A program made the position numbers and the translations under genes. DNA of 57,157 bases from positions 1 to 57,157 of the IMG/VR virus record IMGVR_UViG_3300025133_000125; one strand, written 5' to 3'. This DNA comes from a virus (Duplodnaviria > Caudoviricetes). A model generated the notes under the pieces. That model saw only the letters and a program-made list of their open reading frames with translations, ran no database searches and had not been told where the DNA came from. Of the stretch, positions 1 to 10,564 are shown piece after piece; positions within the stretch are counted from its first letter, which is position 1; each line of letters begins with the position of its first letter.

Positions 1-3000
1 AAAGCACCAGTATCAATCCCAATATCATCACCAGCTAAATTTGTTGGGTGTGTATATCTTGTAGCCCCACTATTATAAGCACTTACTACAGTAGTATTAT
101 TAGAGACTTCAGTATCAAAATCACTAACAGCTGATGCGGCTATTTGTCCTCCAGTTGTAGAACCTGCGTGTGTATGATTTGCATTTACCCAACCAGCTGC
201 AGCAATAGTTGGTGTTGTTAAAATAAGGCCTGCAAGTGTTAAATCACCACTACCTCTATTGTGTGCAATTGAAGTGGTTCCAATATAAAATGTATCTGCC
301 GGTTGAACTGCTGAATCAGCTGTTGATTGGGCTGCTGCGGCATTGGTTATACCAGTTGATCCTCTATCGTAAGCCGCTTTAACTCCTGTCGCGCTTGCTC
401 TCGTTGTACTTGAAGTTGTGCTGGTTGAATCTGTTATTGAAGTATCACCAGTATTTGTACCACTCTGTCCAACTAAATATGTTTGATTGATTGCAGTACC
501 TTGCCAAGTACCTGTTCCTATTGTACCAACAGTTGTAATATTTGCCTGAGTAAAGTGTTCATTAGCTGCGAAATTTGTTGTTGCATCATGATCAATCTGT
601 GCTGAACCACTGAAGATACCTTGACTATTAATAAATACTAATGTATCGCTATCAGTATATGAGGTTACACCAGTTAAACTACTACCATCACCAAATACTT
701 TACCAAACGAGCCAGTTGAAGTTGATGAACCGCTTACGTTTCCACCGTAATTAGAGCCACTTATAGTTCCATCAACTCTTAATTCAGAACCACCTATATG
801 AAAAGCAACTGCTGGTGTACCTAAACCATGTGTTCCTATTCTATTTGCAGATGCATCGGTTTTAAATAGAGGATTATTAGAACTACCTTTAATGGTTACA
901 TCTACATTATTACCACCATCATTGAATGTAATATCGTGTGGAGCACCAGAAGAATCGTTTAAATCTATGTATGATATTCCACCAATATTAAATCTAAGTC
1001 TATCAGGTGTAAAATTAAGATAAGTGTTATCATCACCTTTATGATAGATGTATTGTGAAACTTCAATATTACCATCTGCTATTACGTGACCAAACGAACC
1101 AGTTGAAGTTAATGAGCCACTAACTCCGCCACCAATATAAGTTATTGCGCTTGATGATAATTCACCTTGCCAAGATCCACTAATAGTAGCTGAACTTAGA
1201 CCCGGCTGTAGTGCATCTAATTTATCAAACATTTCATCAGACATTACACCCCAGTTACTAGAATCAGCTAATGGTAAAACTGCATTGGTTCCATCAGACG
1301 ACACTATGTCTAATTTTGTACTATCGCGACTTACACTGAGGTTTGTGGATACATTTGTAACTTTCGCAGTATTAGCTGCCACTGCTGTATTATTAGCTAC
1401 TTCAGTATCGAAATCACTAATTGTTGAAGCTGCTTGAGTTCCTGTATGATTACCTCTATCAATATAATAAGAACCATGTTGTCCATCGAGCAAATCCGCA
1501 TCTAGGGCACTTAAAGCACCATCAACTGTTTTGATTGCTGTTAATATTTCTGCAGCACTTTGATCTGCGGTTGCGCCAGATTCAACAGAATCCAATAAAG
1601 TTTCTTGAGCATCTGTCATTAATCTTTTGTTTGATGCATCTGTAAAATTAGCAGTACCGAATGTGGGTGAAGCACCACTAATTACTGATTGGTCTAATGC
1701 TTTTACATCTGCAATAGATGTTAACTCACTATCCATTAACGCGCCAGCATTAGATCCAAGACCAGAATTCCAAGTGCCATTTGTTATTGTTTGACCACTC
1801 AATACTGAGTTTATTGTGGCAAATGGTAAAATATGTCTATGATTTCCTTTTGCATATTCTGCAACATTACCGTCAGATGATACTGTACCTATTCCTTCAG
1901 GATCAGCAATATATGCCTGCAAAGCAGGTGCGCCTAGTGATCCTGCAATTTGACTATCATTTGTAAATTGTTCTCTTGAGATAGAAGATCCAAATGTAGC
2001 TAAACCACTGCCGCCTCTAAATTCTATACCTGCTCCTGACATCTTAAAGAAACTATCTTCTGAATTATAAATTAATAATCCTTCTTGGGTCAATTCAACT
2101 TTTCGTGTATTGCTTCTTATTGAAAAATTATCAAATGTTATTTCTGTTTCAGGATATTCTGCTGTTGAACTACCTACTACAGTTTTTGTAAATGTTCTTC
2201 CATGCAAATCTGAATTTACGGATCCTTTATCACCTACAAATAGTGGTTTTTCAATTTGGAATCCTGTATCATCATTTATAGATCCCGTCAATACTAATTT
2301 TAAATGTGTTGCTGTTGCTGGTATTTCAGCAGAGGCACCAAAACTACTATATTGACCGCTTCCTAAGAAATACTCACCATAACCATTAGATGCAGTAAAT
2401 TTAGCTTCAGGTAAAAATGGTACCCAACCTGCTGATGATGAATATTCAACTCTAAAATATTGCGGTCCTAGTGCTCTATCTTTGCCTTTTCCACCAAATG
2501 ATGAACTATATCTTGCAACTGAGGCAAATGACAATGTATCACCTGCAGCTATTGCCACAGATGACGTTACAACTTGGACTAATTCATAAGTATTGTTTCC
2601 TGAATAGTTTCCTGAGCCTTCTGGTACAACTACATCAAGTGTCACATCACCGCTTACAGCCATATCTTCAGAAGGATAAGCAGATCTTTTTGTTAAGCTT
2701 ATATTAACACCCCCACCTTCAGCAAATGACCAACTATTAATTGTACTAACAAAATTTCTACCTGCTGAAAGATCTCCTAATTGTTCTTCAAAGCTCTTAT
2801 TACCACAATATTGAGTGCCTCCTCCAAGTGTTGACAATGATCCTGACTTAATTTCAACTCTGCTTACACCACCGTCATCTTTAATTTTTAATCCTGGTAA
2901 TATGCTACTTAATTCTACAGTATTATCTGTGTCTCTAAGATATGATGTTCCTATATCAAACCCACCTATACGACCACCGCTAAATAAAACATTTGAACCT

Positions 3001-6000
3001 GTTATTTCACCTTCAGGTGTTACTTGAAATTTTGAAGATGAAATAAAGTACTGACTACTTGCATTACCCTCTAAATAAAACGAAGATCCTTGTTGTAATT
3101 TTGTACCATTAATATCAAAGCCTGCAATTTGTCCACTTGTTGCTGTAATATTACCTGTGATCTTAGCAGCTGAAGCAGTAATTTGTCCAGTAGAACCCTT
3201 TAACTTTAATACACCCACCTGGGAATCTATAGTGTTAGATATGTTAAATCCACCAATTGTTCCTGTACTTATATCTACATCATCAAAAGTACCAGTTGTT
3301 GCAGTAATATCACCTGTGATCTTAGCTGCTGATGCTGTTATTTGTCCTGATGCCTTTAATCGTAATCCCGTGTTTCCACTAGCACCACTTGAAGAGATCT
3401 CAGTTGATGTAATTCCAAAACCACCAATGGTTCCTGCTGTATTTGCAGTTATTGTATTAGCTATAATGTCACCAGTAATTGTTGCATCAGTAGCTGTTAT
3501 TGCACCTGCATGTGTAACCCTAAATGCCGGCGTTCCACCTGTCCCTGCTGTAAAGGCATAAGTTTGTCCTGAAGGGTGTATTCCTATACCTGTCGAAGTC
3601 AAACCTGTATTTGCTAAGGTAAAATTGGCTATATTGCCTGCTGTTGTTGCAGTAATTGTATTTGCTATAATGTCGCCTTGAATATTTGCTGAGGATGCAG
3701 TAAGTTGTCCAGATGCCTTAATATTAAATGGTGCACTACTACTTGCAGCAAGTGATGTTGCACCAGCAAAAAATCTTGAATCACCAGCTGAAGATAATCC
3801 TGTGTATGTAGGATCTGTAAAGTAATGTATTGTATCTGACTGAATATTCCAATTTGCGATATTACCTTCTGATGACGTTAATACACCTTCAATTTTTGCA
3901 CCACTTGCTATTAATTGTCCTGATGAAGATACTGCAAAATTAGATCCAAATCTTACATAATATGGATTTGAATTTGAGGGTGTGAAATCTAGATAATAGC
4001 CATCAGTTGGATTCGTGTCAGGGCCTGCATCTGACTTATATAATGCTGCTCCTTCTGCATCAAGAGTTGCATTAGAGCCGGATAATTTATTACCAAGTAT
4101 TTTCCACCCTGCTATTTGTCCTGAAGTTGCTGAAACAGCACCCGACATACTTACAGCAGATGCTGTAATTTGGCCTGTACTTTTTAAAATTAAATTATTA
4201 TTTGTAGAATTTATTTGTGAATCTGAAACACTAAAACCAGCAATTGTTGAAGCACCTTGTATTAGCGCGGCAGATGCTGTAATCTGTCCACTATCTTTTA
4301 AAATTAAGTTATCGTTTGTAGAATTTATTTGTGAATCTGAAACTTCAAATCCACCAATGGACGCGGATTTAAAACTTGCGAATCCTTGTGGATCAATAGA
4401 TGCTGATGCATTAGAAACTGTAGAAGGTGAGCCACCGATAGAAGCTGGCGTTCTAATATTATTTGCAGTTATGTCTCCTTGAACAGTTAATGTGTTCCCA
4501 ACATATTGAAGATAATGACCTGCAGATTTATTTCCTAATAATATTGAAGATCCTGTCATCTGACCTGATGATCTCAAAAATAATGAAGAATCTGATGATA
4601 TGATTGAGGTTGGATCTACAGTAAATCCTGCTATTGATGCTGACTTAAAACTTGCGAATCCTTGTGTATCAATAGATGCTGATGCATTTGCGTCAGTAGA
4701 AGGTTGGCCACCAATTGTTGCTGGCGTTCTAATATTATTTGCAGTTATGTCTCCTTGAACAGTTAATGTGTTCCCAACATATTGTAAATATTGACCATCA
4801 CCTTTGCTTCCAAGTATCATGTTACTAGCTGTTACATTACCCTTTGGTGTTAGATGAAAGTCAGATGAACTAATTTCTATATTACCACTACTACCACTTA
4901 TAAATTGTGATGTTGTAGTACCAACGAAAAAAGCATCTGCAATAACTTCAAATCTTGAAGGTATAGTACTAAATCTTAAACTTCCAGATTCACCTGCTAG
5001 CTCTAGACCAACACCGGCATAATCATCTCCTGAATCTGGTAAAACAGATCCGCTATAAATCATCCAACCAGTATTATTGTTACTTAAACTTGAACTTTTA
5101 AAACCTTGATACTGTACTGACCTTATAAATCCGGATCCGTCTGCTCCGGAGCCACCAGTCTCTGGTAATGTTGATGATACACCGCCCATCTGTATACCAC
5201 TTGATGTTGCGTCTCCGCCAATGAATAAAGACCCACCAATAGAATTATCATTTCCTAAAATATTAAGATTTTCACCTTCAAATTTTACACCGTCTGGGTT
5301 TGAGGGTAATGTTGTTACTACTGTGCTGGATTTATTATTATTTATATCATAAAATTCAAATGCAAAATCTAAATAATCTGGTCTAGTCTGAAGAGGAGGT
5401 ATTGGCGCAATTAATCTAACATATTCAGGGGAGAAATTTGTATCTGAGTTTGGTTTAACTGAAATTTCTGATACTGACCAATGACCACCTGTAAATCTCA
5501 TTTGCAATACAGCAGCTCCATCAGAATCAGGTGTAAATATAGTTTCATATTGTGGGCTTGATGCTCCTACTACACGCCCAGCTGAATCATTAAATTCAAC
5601 TTTACCAATTGCCCTTCCATAGCCTTTATCAGCAAAAGTATTATTTTGTGACATACCAAATGCAGATCCTGACATATGCAGTACTGCTTTAATTTTATTT
5701 TGTAAACCTTCAGAATTATCAGCAATTAATTTTGCACGGAAACTATATTCTGTTCCTGCTATAAAATCCATCTTAAAATCATCTTTTAATTGAAGCTTAA
5801 TCCACTCTTTATCATCATCTATCAATAAATCAGCATTTGATCCGGAGATGTAGATTGAATCTGTTAAGTATTCATTAGGAGAGTACGTCTGTATTGTTGT
5901 TGCTGACTCAGTACCATATTGACCACCTGTTGCAGTCCAGTATGATGTTAATACAGCATCAGAACTAAAAAATCCCATTCTAGATGTGCCAGATGTTGAT

Positions 6001-7127
6001 GTAGGATCAACTAATAGCTCGGGTGTTTCGATAGGCGTATCTATTATCTTTGACCAATTACCAAATGGACCATTATTTTTTACATAACCTGCTACTCTGT
6101 AAACATCGCCAGAAAATAATCGTAATTTTGAAAGCCTTACATCAGCAAATGATTTAAAATTTATACTGCTAGTATCATATTCACTTAATTTTGGCCAATT
6201 AATCTTATAGCTAGATGTTCCAAGCTCTGCCACTCTGTAAAATCCGCTTCCAGAATCGTAAACACCGAAAGGTTTTTGTACCTCTATTGTTTTCTTATTA
6301 ATAACATTTGATATTCTAGATGAATATCCTGGAATTATAGTGTTGCTCCCTGTAGAAAATGATATATTAGGGTTTGGTGCATCAATTGTGATTGTACCGC
6401 CAACCATAGATGATGAAAAATCAGCATCAGCTATTGTTATTGAGTATCGCGGATCTGTTGAATCATACTCTTCATAATTTCCCATAGGATTAAAGCCGTA
6501 AACTTGCTCAGAATAGTTTTGCACCTCTTGGTAGTTATCACCATCGATTGAAAAATTTGTTCCTTCTGTGCCTTGTACAGGTGTACCAACAATAGTACCA
6601 ACTGTTTGTTCATTTGATCCTGTTGTTGATGATTGTTGTGTAACTTGTCCCTTAATAATCTCATAGACATTCAATACTGGCCGCTTATAAAATCTTACGG
6701 GTCTATCATTCGGAATTGTCTTATTTACAGTAATTGTTCTTGTATATTTTACATTATACGTACCTTGCCATTGTTCAGGTATGTCAACATAATCCGGATC
6801 GAGCTCTCCTAATATTGTAAGTGTTGCTGCACCTGCTGGTGTATCTTTGAATACTTCTATTCCTACTCTTACTCCATTACTTTCTGAATAATCATAAACT
6901 GGCTCTATATAAATTGGGTTCCCTAAACTATCTACTAATTCGATTTTTAATACAACATCATTTAATAATTCAGGCGATCCCATTATTAGCATTGAAGACT
7001 TGCCCATAGGCAGTTCAAGTGGGAGATCTGTTATATTGAAGTACTTAGATAACAGCCCTTCTTCAATTTCATAGGCTTGTATTGTATCTAAGTCTTGCAG
7101 GAACGCTGTTTTTTGCTTTTTTGCCAT
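1..7127 (-). CDS. Giant tail fibre/receptor-binding protein, 3' end truncated by the window (>2370 aa); not in the ORF track
   Basis: ATG at 7127 (MAKKQKTAFLQDLDTIQAYEIEEG). The same frame is open at the spots I translated, down to the left edge (RYTHPTNLAGDDIGIDTGA). Contains repeated GQITASAAxIxGxI..GxIGGF units and the fibre-type motif LDADLLDGQHGSYY. ATATTTAT motif upstream. Confidence 0.85.
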   Translation of the reverse strand, partial: MAKKQKTAFLQDLDTIQAYEIEEGLLSKYFNITDLPLELPMGKSSMLIMGSPELLNDVVLKIELVDSLGNPIYIEPVYDYSESNGVRVGIEVFKDTPAGAATLTILGELDPDYVDIPEQWQGTYNVKYTRTITVNKTIPNDRPVRFYKRPVLNVYEIIKGQVTQQSSTTGSNEQTVGTIVGTPVQGTEGTNFSIDGDNYQEVQNYSEQVYGFNPMGNYEEYDSTDPRYSITIADADFSSSMVGGTITIDAPNPNISFSTGSNTIIPGYSSRISNVINKKTIEVQKPFGVYDSGSGFYRVAELGTSSYKINWPKLSEYDTSSINFKSFADVRLSKLRLFSGDVYRVAGYVKNNGPFGNWSKIIDTPIETPELLVDPTSTSGTSRMGFFSSDAVLTSYWTATGGQYGTESATTIQTYSPNEYLTDSIYISGSNADLLIDDDKEWIKLQLKDDFKMDFIAGTEYSFRAKLIADNSEGLQNKIKAVLHMSGSAFGMSQNNTFADKGYGRAIGKVEFNDSAGRVVGASSPQYETIFTPDSDGAAVLQMRFTGGHWSVSEISVKPNSDTNFSPEYVRLIAPIPPLQTRPDYLDFAFEFYDINNNKSSTVVTTLPSNPDGVKFEGENLNILGNDNSIGGSLFIGGDATSSGIQMGGVSSTLPETGGSGADGSGFIRSVQYQGFKSSSLSNNNTGWMIYSGSVLPDSGDDYAGVGLELAGESGSLRFSTIPSRFEVIADAFFVGTTTSQFISGSSGNIEISSSDFHLTPKGNVTASNMILGSKGDGQYLQYVGNTLTVQGDITANNIRTPATIGGQPSTDANASASIDTQGFASFKSASIAGFTVDPTSIISSDSSLFLRSSGQMTGSSILLGNKSAGHYLQYVGNTLTVQGDITANNIRTPASIGGSPSTVSNASASIDPQGFASFKSASIGGFEVSDSQINSTNDNLILKDSGQITASAALIQGASTIAGFSVSDSQINSTNNNLILKSTGQITASAVSMSGAVSATSGQIAGWKILGNKLSGSNATLDAEGAALYKSDAGPDTNPTDGYYLDFTPSNSNPYYVRFGSNFAVSSSGQLIASGAKIEGVLTSSEGNIANWNIQSDTIHYFTDPTYTGLSSAGDSRFFAGATSLAASSSAPFNIKASGQLTASSANIQGDIIANTITATTAGNIANFTLANTGLTSTGIGIHPSGQTYAFTAGTGGTPAFRVTHAGAITATDATITGDIIANTITANTAGTIGGFGITSTEISSSGASGNTGLRLKASGQITASAAKITGDITATTGTFDDVDISTGTIGGFNISNTIDSQVGVLKLKGSTGQITASAAKITGNITATSGQIAGFDINGTKLQQGSSFYLEGNASSQYFISSSKFQVTPEGEITGSNVLFSGGRIGGFDIGTSYLRDTDNTVELSSILPGLKIKDDGGVSRVEIKSGSLSTLGGGTQYCGNKSFEEQLGDLSAGRNFVSTINSWSFAEGGGVNISLTKRSAYPSEDMAVSGDVTLDVVVPEGSGNYSGNNTYELVQVVTSSVAIAAGDTLSFASVARYSSSFGGKGKDRALGPQYFRVEYSSSAGWVPFLPEAKFTASNGYGEYFLGSGQYSSFGASAEIPATATHLKLVLTGSINDDTGFQIEKPLFVGDKGSVNSDLHGRTFTKTVVGSSTAEYPETEITFDNFSIRSNTRKVELTQEGLLIYNSEDSFFKMSGAGIEFRGGSGLATFGSSISREQFTNDSQIAGSLGAPALQAYIADPEGIGTVSSDGNVAEYAKGNHRHILPFATINSVLSGQTITNGTWNSGLGSNAGALMDSELTSIADVKALDQSVISGASPTFGTANFTDASNKRLMTDAQETLLDSVESGATADQSAAEILTAIKTVDGALSALDADLLDGQHGSYYIDRGNHTGTQAASTISDFDTEVANNTAVAANTAKVTNVSTNLSVSRDSTKLDIVSSDGTNAVLPLADSSNWGVMSDEMFDKLDALQPGLSSATISGSWQGELSSSAITYIGGGVSGSLTSTGSFGHVIADGNIEVSQYIYHKGDDNTYLNFTPDRLRFNIGGISYIDLNDSSGAPHDITFNDGGNNVDVTIKGSSNNPLFKTDASANRIGTHGLGTPAVAFHIGGSELRVDGTISGSNYGGNVSGSSTSTGSFGKVFGDGSSLTGVTSYTDSDTLVFINSQGIFSGSAQIDHDATTNFAANEHFTQANITTVGTIGTGTWQGTAINQTYLVGQSGTNTGDTSITDSTSTTSSTTRASATGVKAAYDRGSTGITNAAAAQSTADSAVQPADTFYIGTTSIAHNRGSGDLTLAGLILTTPTIAAAGWVNANHTHAGSTTGGQIAASAVSDFDTEVSNNTTVVSAYNSGATRYTHPTNLAGDDIGIDTGA
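4156..4343. repeat. Intragenic direct repeat, ~74 nt x2, period 114 nt (38 aa)
   Basis: gcagatgctgtaat...tttgtagaatttatttgtgaatctgaaac at ~4156-4229 and ~4270-4343. Confidence 0.85.
4371..4784. repeat. Intragenic direct repeat, ~138 nt x2, period 276 nt (92 aa)
   Basis: aaaacttgcgaatccttgtg...gctggcgttctaatattatttgcagttatgtctccttgaacagttaatgtgttcccaacatattg at 4371-4508 and 4647-4784, including a ~65-nt identical block. Confidence 0.9.
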
Positions 7128-7143
7128 AATTTACTTTGTGTAG

Positions 7144-7151
7144 ATAAATAT
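7144..7151 (-). promoter_or_regulatory. Putative late promoter motif ATATTTAT
   Basis: 17-24 nt upstream of the fibre ATG; the same octamer precedes five other late genes. Confidence 0.55.
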
Positions 7152-7236
7152 TTCTCAGCGTAGATTGTATCACAAATATTTGTTAAAGTTATATAAAAAT
7201 TATACCATTCTTATACTTATTAAGAAAGGTAGTAAT

Positions 7237-7416
7237 ATGAAAAGAGCTAGAATGTGTGTTTACTTAGATGTTGAACTATCTAAGTGGATTAAAGATAACG
7301 CAATAGTCAACTATAGAAGTTTTTCCTCGTTTCTTAATAAACTAATGTTAGATTATAAGGACGGAATGGAAATAAACAATAATGTAAAAACTTTAAAGAG
7401 CGAAATTAAAAGATAA
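7237..7416 (+). CDS. Ribbon-helix-helix (Arc/CopG-like) DNA-binding protein
   Basis: MKRARMCVYLDVELSKWIKDNAIVNYRSFSSFLNKLM fits a beta-strand plus two helices. GAAAGG precedes ATG 7237 (track start 7165 is probably too long). Fills an otherwise gene-free gap. Confidence 0.6.
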   Translation: MKRARMCVYLDVELSKWIKDNAIVNYRSFSSFLNKLMLDYKDGMEINNNVKTLKSEIKR

Positions 7417-10400
7417 TCTTACTATAGCCTTGTTCTTGCTTTATTTCAAGAAGAATATCCGTAAAATCTCGCATTGTGTCTATATGTGATATTATAAGAG
7501 AGAATTGATAAATATTTTTTAAATATTGGAACAGTTGGTATAATGAATTAAGATTGTCCGAGTCCATTGTTCCCCATCCTTCATCAATAGCTATAAAGTT
7601 AGGTCTTGGAAGATTTGATATATTTGTTAGGGCAATTCTGATAGCTAATCCTGAAATAAACTTTTCCATGCCTGATGCCATTTCTAATGCCCACGATTTA
7701 TCATTATCGTAAGCAATATAATTGTTTATATTCTTTCCGTCCATGTCAAAGATAATTTGGAAATCTACAATTTGTGATAGTATATTGTTGACCTCTAATT
7801 CAACCTTAGTTAAAACCTTAGATATTAAATCATAGCTTACACCATTTTTATCTACAGCCATTAAATAGTATTTATACGCTTCATATTTCTCTTCAAGATC
7901 TCTGACTCTATTAATAATCTGTACAATCTCTTGCTTTTTTGTTTCTAATGCTGATTTTTTACCGACATACTGGTGAATATCATTTACTACTGCTTTTATT
8001 TCTGTCTCAATAATTGACTCAGATGATTTTTGATCATTTATCTTTAATTGTACCCTATCATTATGCTTAATATCTTTTTGATAGCCTTTGCTTCTTTTAA
8101 TCTCATTTTTTATAGAGGAAATGTATGACTCAGTACTCTTAATAGCATCATTAATATCTGTTATTCTAACTTCATACTGCTCAAAGTATTTTTTGTTATT
8201 TTTTAGTTCCTTCGTCAAGTCTAAAAATTCACTATAAGACTTAGGTACATCCTCATTAATTTGTATTTTATTCTCTAGTGTCTTTAATTTTGCAACTGTT
8301 GATGTTGCCCTTGTCTTATCCTGTTCTAAATCTTCTTTTGTCTTTATTGCATCTTTAACAAATACATTATTCATGCAATACGAACACCCAGGATCGTAAT
8401 CCAAGTTTCCTAGCTTATCTATCTTATCTAATTTATTTCTTACTTCAACCTTTAAATTATCTATTTCGTTTTTTGCCTCATTCCTTTGTGATACTATTAA
8501 CTCATACTCAACAACCCTATTTTCAATATCCTTATATTTTTCAGATTTAATTCTGTTAGCTAAAATTTCATCATTTCTTTTAGTTTCACTTGATTCATCT
8601 TTTGTACTATTGAGCCTTTTTAATAATTCTACTTTTTTACCTTCCTCTAGTTGTTGGCTGTCTTCTAATTCTTTCAAGTCCTTAATTGTAGCATCAATTG
8701 GCCTCATTGTACCCATTAAATCTAAAATTTTATTCTTATATTTGTCTCGATCAATTTCTTTTTTGCTTTGAGAATCTTCAAGCTTTGTTATAACCCCTTT
8801 TACTAGATTTAGCTCAGTTTCAATATCACTTATTTGCTGATCATAATCTACATCTAAAAAATTCTTTAACATCGACTGTAATCCGCTAGATTCCTCTTTT
8901 GCCAGCTTATATAATTGATCAAAAATAGATAAGCCTAAAAACTTACCTAAAATTTCTTTCTTTTCAGTCTGATTTTGTTCTAAAAATATAGAAGAATTTC
9001 CTTGTGCTGAAAAACTTGTCATTATAAAGTCATCATACGTTCCTATCAGCTTTCTAATATTCTTATTTGTTGAATTTCTTTGATCACCATTTAATGATAC
9101 CTTCTTACCATCTTCTAGTCTGTAAAAATCAACATCAACACGAGTAGCACCGTGCCTTAAAACTTTTCCAACGCGTTTAATAACGTATGATTCGTTGCCA
9201 ACATCAAATTCTAACTCACAACTAAAGTTTGATTTAGAATGGTTCATGACATTTTCTGCCTTATATGCTCTTGTTGACTTATCAAATAGGCAAAATGCTA
9301 ATGCATCCAAAATACTTGATTTCCCACTTGCATTCGGGCTAAATAAACCAGCAATCCCATTACATCTTTCAAAATTAATTACATTATCTTCACCATAAGA
9401 AAACATATTGCTAAATGTAAACTTTTTTGGTTTCCAGCTAATATTTCTAGAAATCTCCTCACCTACTAAAGAGCTACTGAGCTCTTTATTAATTTTCTTT
9501 ACCTTTTCAATAATTTCTTCATTAGCTGTTGTATTATTTTTCAAGTATTGTTCTATTAAACCATTCTGCACATCTGGATCAAATACATCCCCAAAATCGA
9601 CTATAGATGAATTTCCTGTATCAACTCTATATTCATCTTCTCTTATTATTGAGACTTCTTTAATATTATGCCTGTGTTTGATTATTGTGAGTGCTTTTTT
9701 TAAATCAGAGCTTGATGTATTTTTAACTTTTATTCTTAATCTAGCTTTGGGTGGTAAGTCATCTACTTTTGGTACAAGACCATCTTCTATATGAAGAGTA
9801 TAATAACCAAATTCATTTTCTATTTCTTTATGAATAAATTTTCTCTTCTTGACATCCCAAACTGATATGCCGTGTCCTTTTAATGTTTCACCATGATTCT
9901 GTTGAACTAATGAACCGCAGTATCTTACAATAGGTTTTTTAATTTTACCAGGTTTATATTCTTGCATTGTTTGCATTTTATGAATATCACCTAACATCAC
10001 CATGTCATAACCATCAAAATCTTTTAATTTAACAGCACTTGGAAGATAGAAACCTAAGTCAGTTTGTGACTTATCAACTGTTCCGTGATATAATAATATT
10101 TTTGTTTTTGCATTGATTGTTGCTGGATCTGGTAAATTTGATTCACTATCTCTAACTTCTAATACAGCAAATCCAACATCACCTACATAATAAATCCCTG
10201 ACTCATTTAGATAATGTAAATTTTCATTTTTAATGTTCTCTACAATCGGCTGAAGTACATCTAATCTGGATCTGTTATTTAAATTACAATCATGATTTCC
10301 TGCAATTAATAATGTAGGACATAATTCAGATAAACGTTTAAACAATCTAGAAAGTTGATCAACTAATTCGGGTGACATATCAGTCTTACTATGAGCAATG

Positions 10401-10564
10401 TCACCGCCAATATAAACTACAGCATTTTCTGTATCTTTCTTTATAAACTCATATAAGTTTTCAAATACTTGCTCATATTCTTTATGGCGTTGTAAATTTC
10501 TAATTTGTATATCTGAAATATGATATATCTTTTTTAAGGTTCTAAATTTTGTTTTAATTTTCAT
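7406..10564 (-). CDS. Fused Mre11/SbcD nuclease + Rad50/SbcC ATPase (gp47-gp46-like)
   Basis: Phosphoesterase motifs HISDIQ, GGDIAH, GNHD, YHG, GDIH. Walker A PNASGKSS, Q-loop FSAQG, coiled coil with CSYC zinc hook, signature ASGMEK, Walker B IAIDEGWGTMD, H-loop IISH. Confidence 0.93.
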   Translation of the reverse strand: MKIKTKFRTLKKIYHISDIQIRNLQRHKEYEQVFENLYEFIKKDTENAVVYIGGDIAHSKTDMSPELVDQLSRLFKRLSELCPTLLIAGNHDCNLNNRSRLDVLQPIVENIKNENLHYLNESGIYYVGDVGFAVLEVRDSESNLPDPATINAKTKILLYHGTVDKSQTDLGFYLPSAVKLKDFDGYDMVMLGDIHKMQTMQEYKPGKIKKPIVRYCGSLVQQNHGETLKGHGISVWDVKKRKFIHKEIENEFGYYTLHIEDGLVPKVDDLPPKARLRIKVKNTSSSDLKKALTIIKHRHNIKEVSIIREDEYRVDTGNSSIVDFGDVFDPDVQNGLIEQYLKNNTTANEEIIEKVKKINKELSSSLVGEEISRNISWKPKKFTFSNMFSYGEDNVINFERCNGIAGLFSPNASGKSSILDALAFCLFDKSTRAYKAENVMNHSKSNFSCELEFDVGNESYVIKRVGKVLRHGATRVDVDFYRLEDGKKVSLNGDQRNSTNKNIRKLIGTYDDFIMTSFSAQGNSSIFLEQNQTEKKEILGKFLGLSIFDQLYKLAKEESSGLQSMLKNFLDVDYDQQISDIETELNLVKGVITKLEDSQSKKEIDRDKYKNKILDLMGTMRPIDATIKDLKELEDSQQLEEGKKVELLKRLNSTKDESSETKRNDEILANRIKSEKYKDIENRVVEYELIVSQRNEAKNEIDNLKVEVRNKLDKIDKLGNLDYDPGCSYCMNNVFVKDAIKTKEDLEQDKTRATSTVAKLKTLENKIQINEDVPKSYSEFLDLTKELKNNKKYFEQYEVRITDINDAIKSTESYISSIKNEIKRSKGYQKDIKHNDRVQLKINDQKSSESIIETEIKAVVNDIHQYVGKKSALETKKQEIVQIINRVRDLEEKYEAYKYYLMAVDKNGVSYDLISKVLTKVELEVNNILSQIVDFQIIFDMDGKNINNYIAYDNDKSWALEMASGMEKFISGLAIRIALTNISNLPRPNFIAIDEGWGTMDSDNLNSLYQLFQYLKNIYQFSLIISHIDTMRDFTDILLEIKQEQGYSKIIF

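Noticed and set aside
4156-4784. Repeats as a DGR template/variable pair or a CRISPR array
   Set aside because: Both copies are in frame in mid-gene, differences are not adenine-specific, there is no reverse transcriptase or cas gene in the window, and there is no repeat-spacer periodicity.
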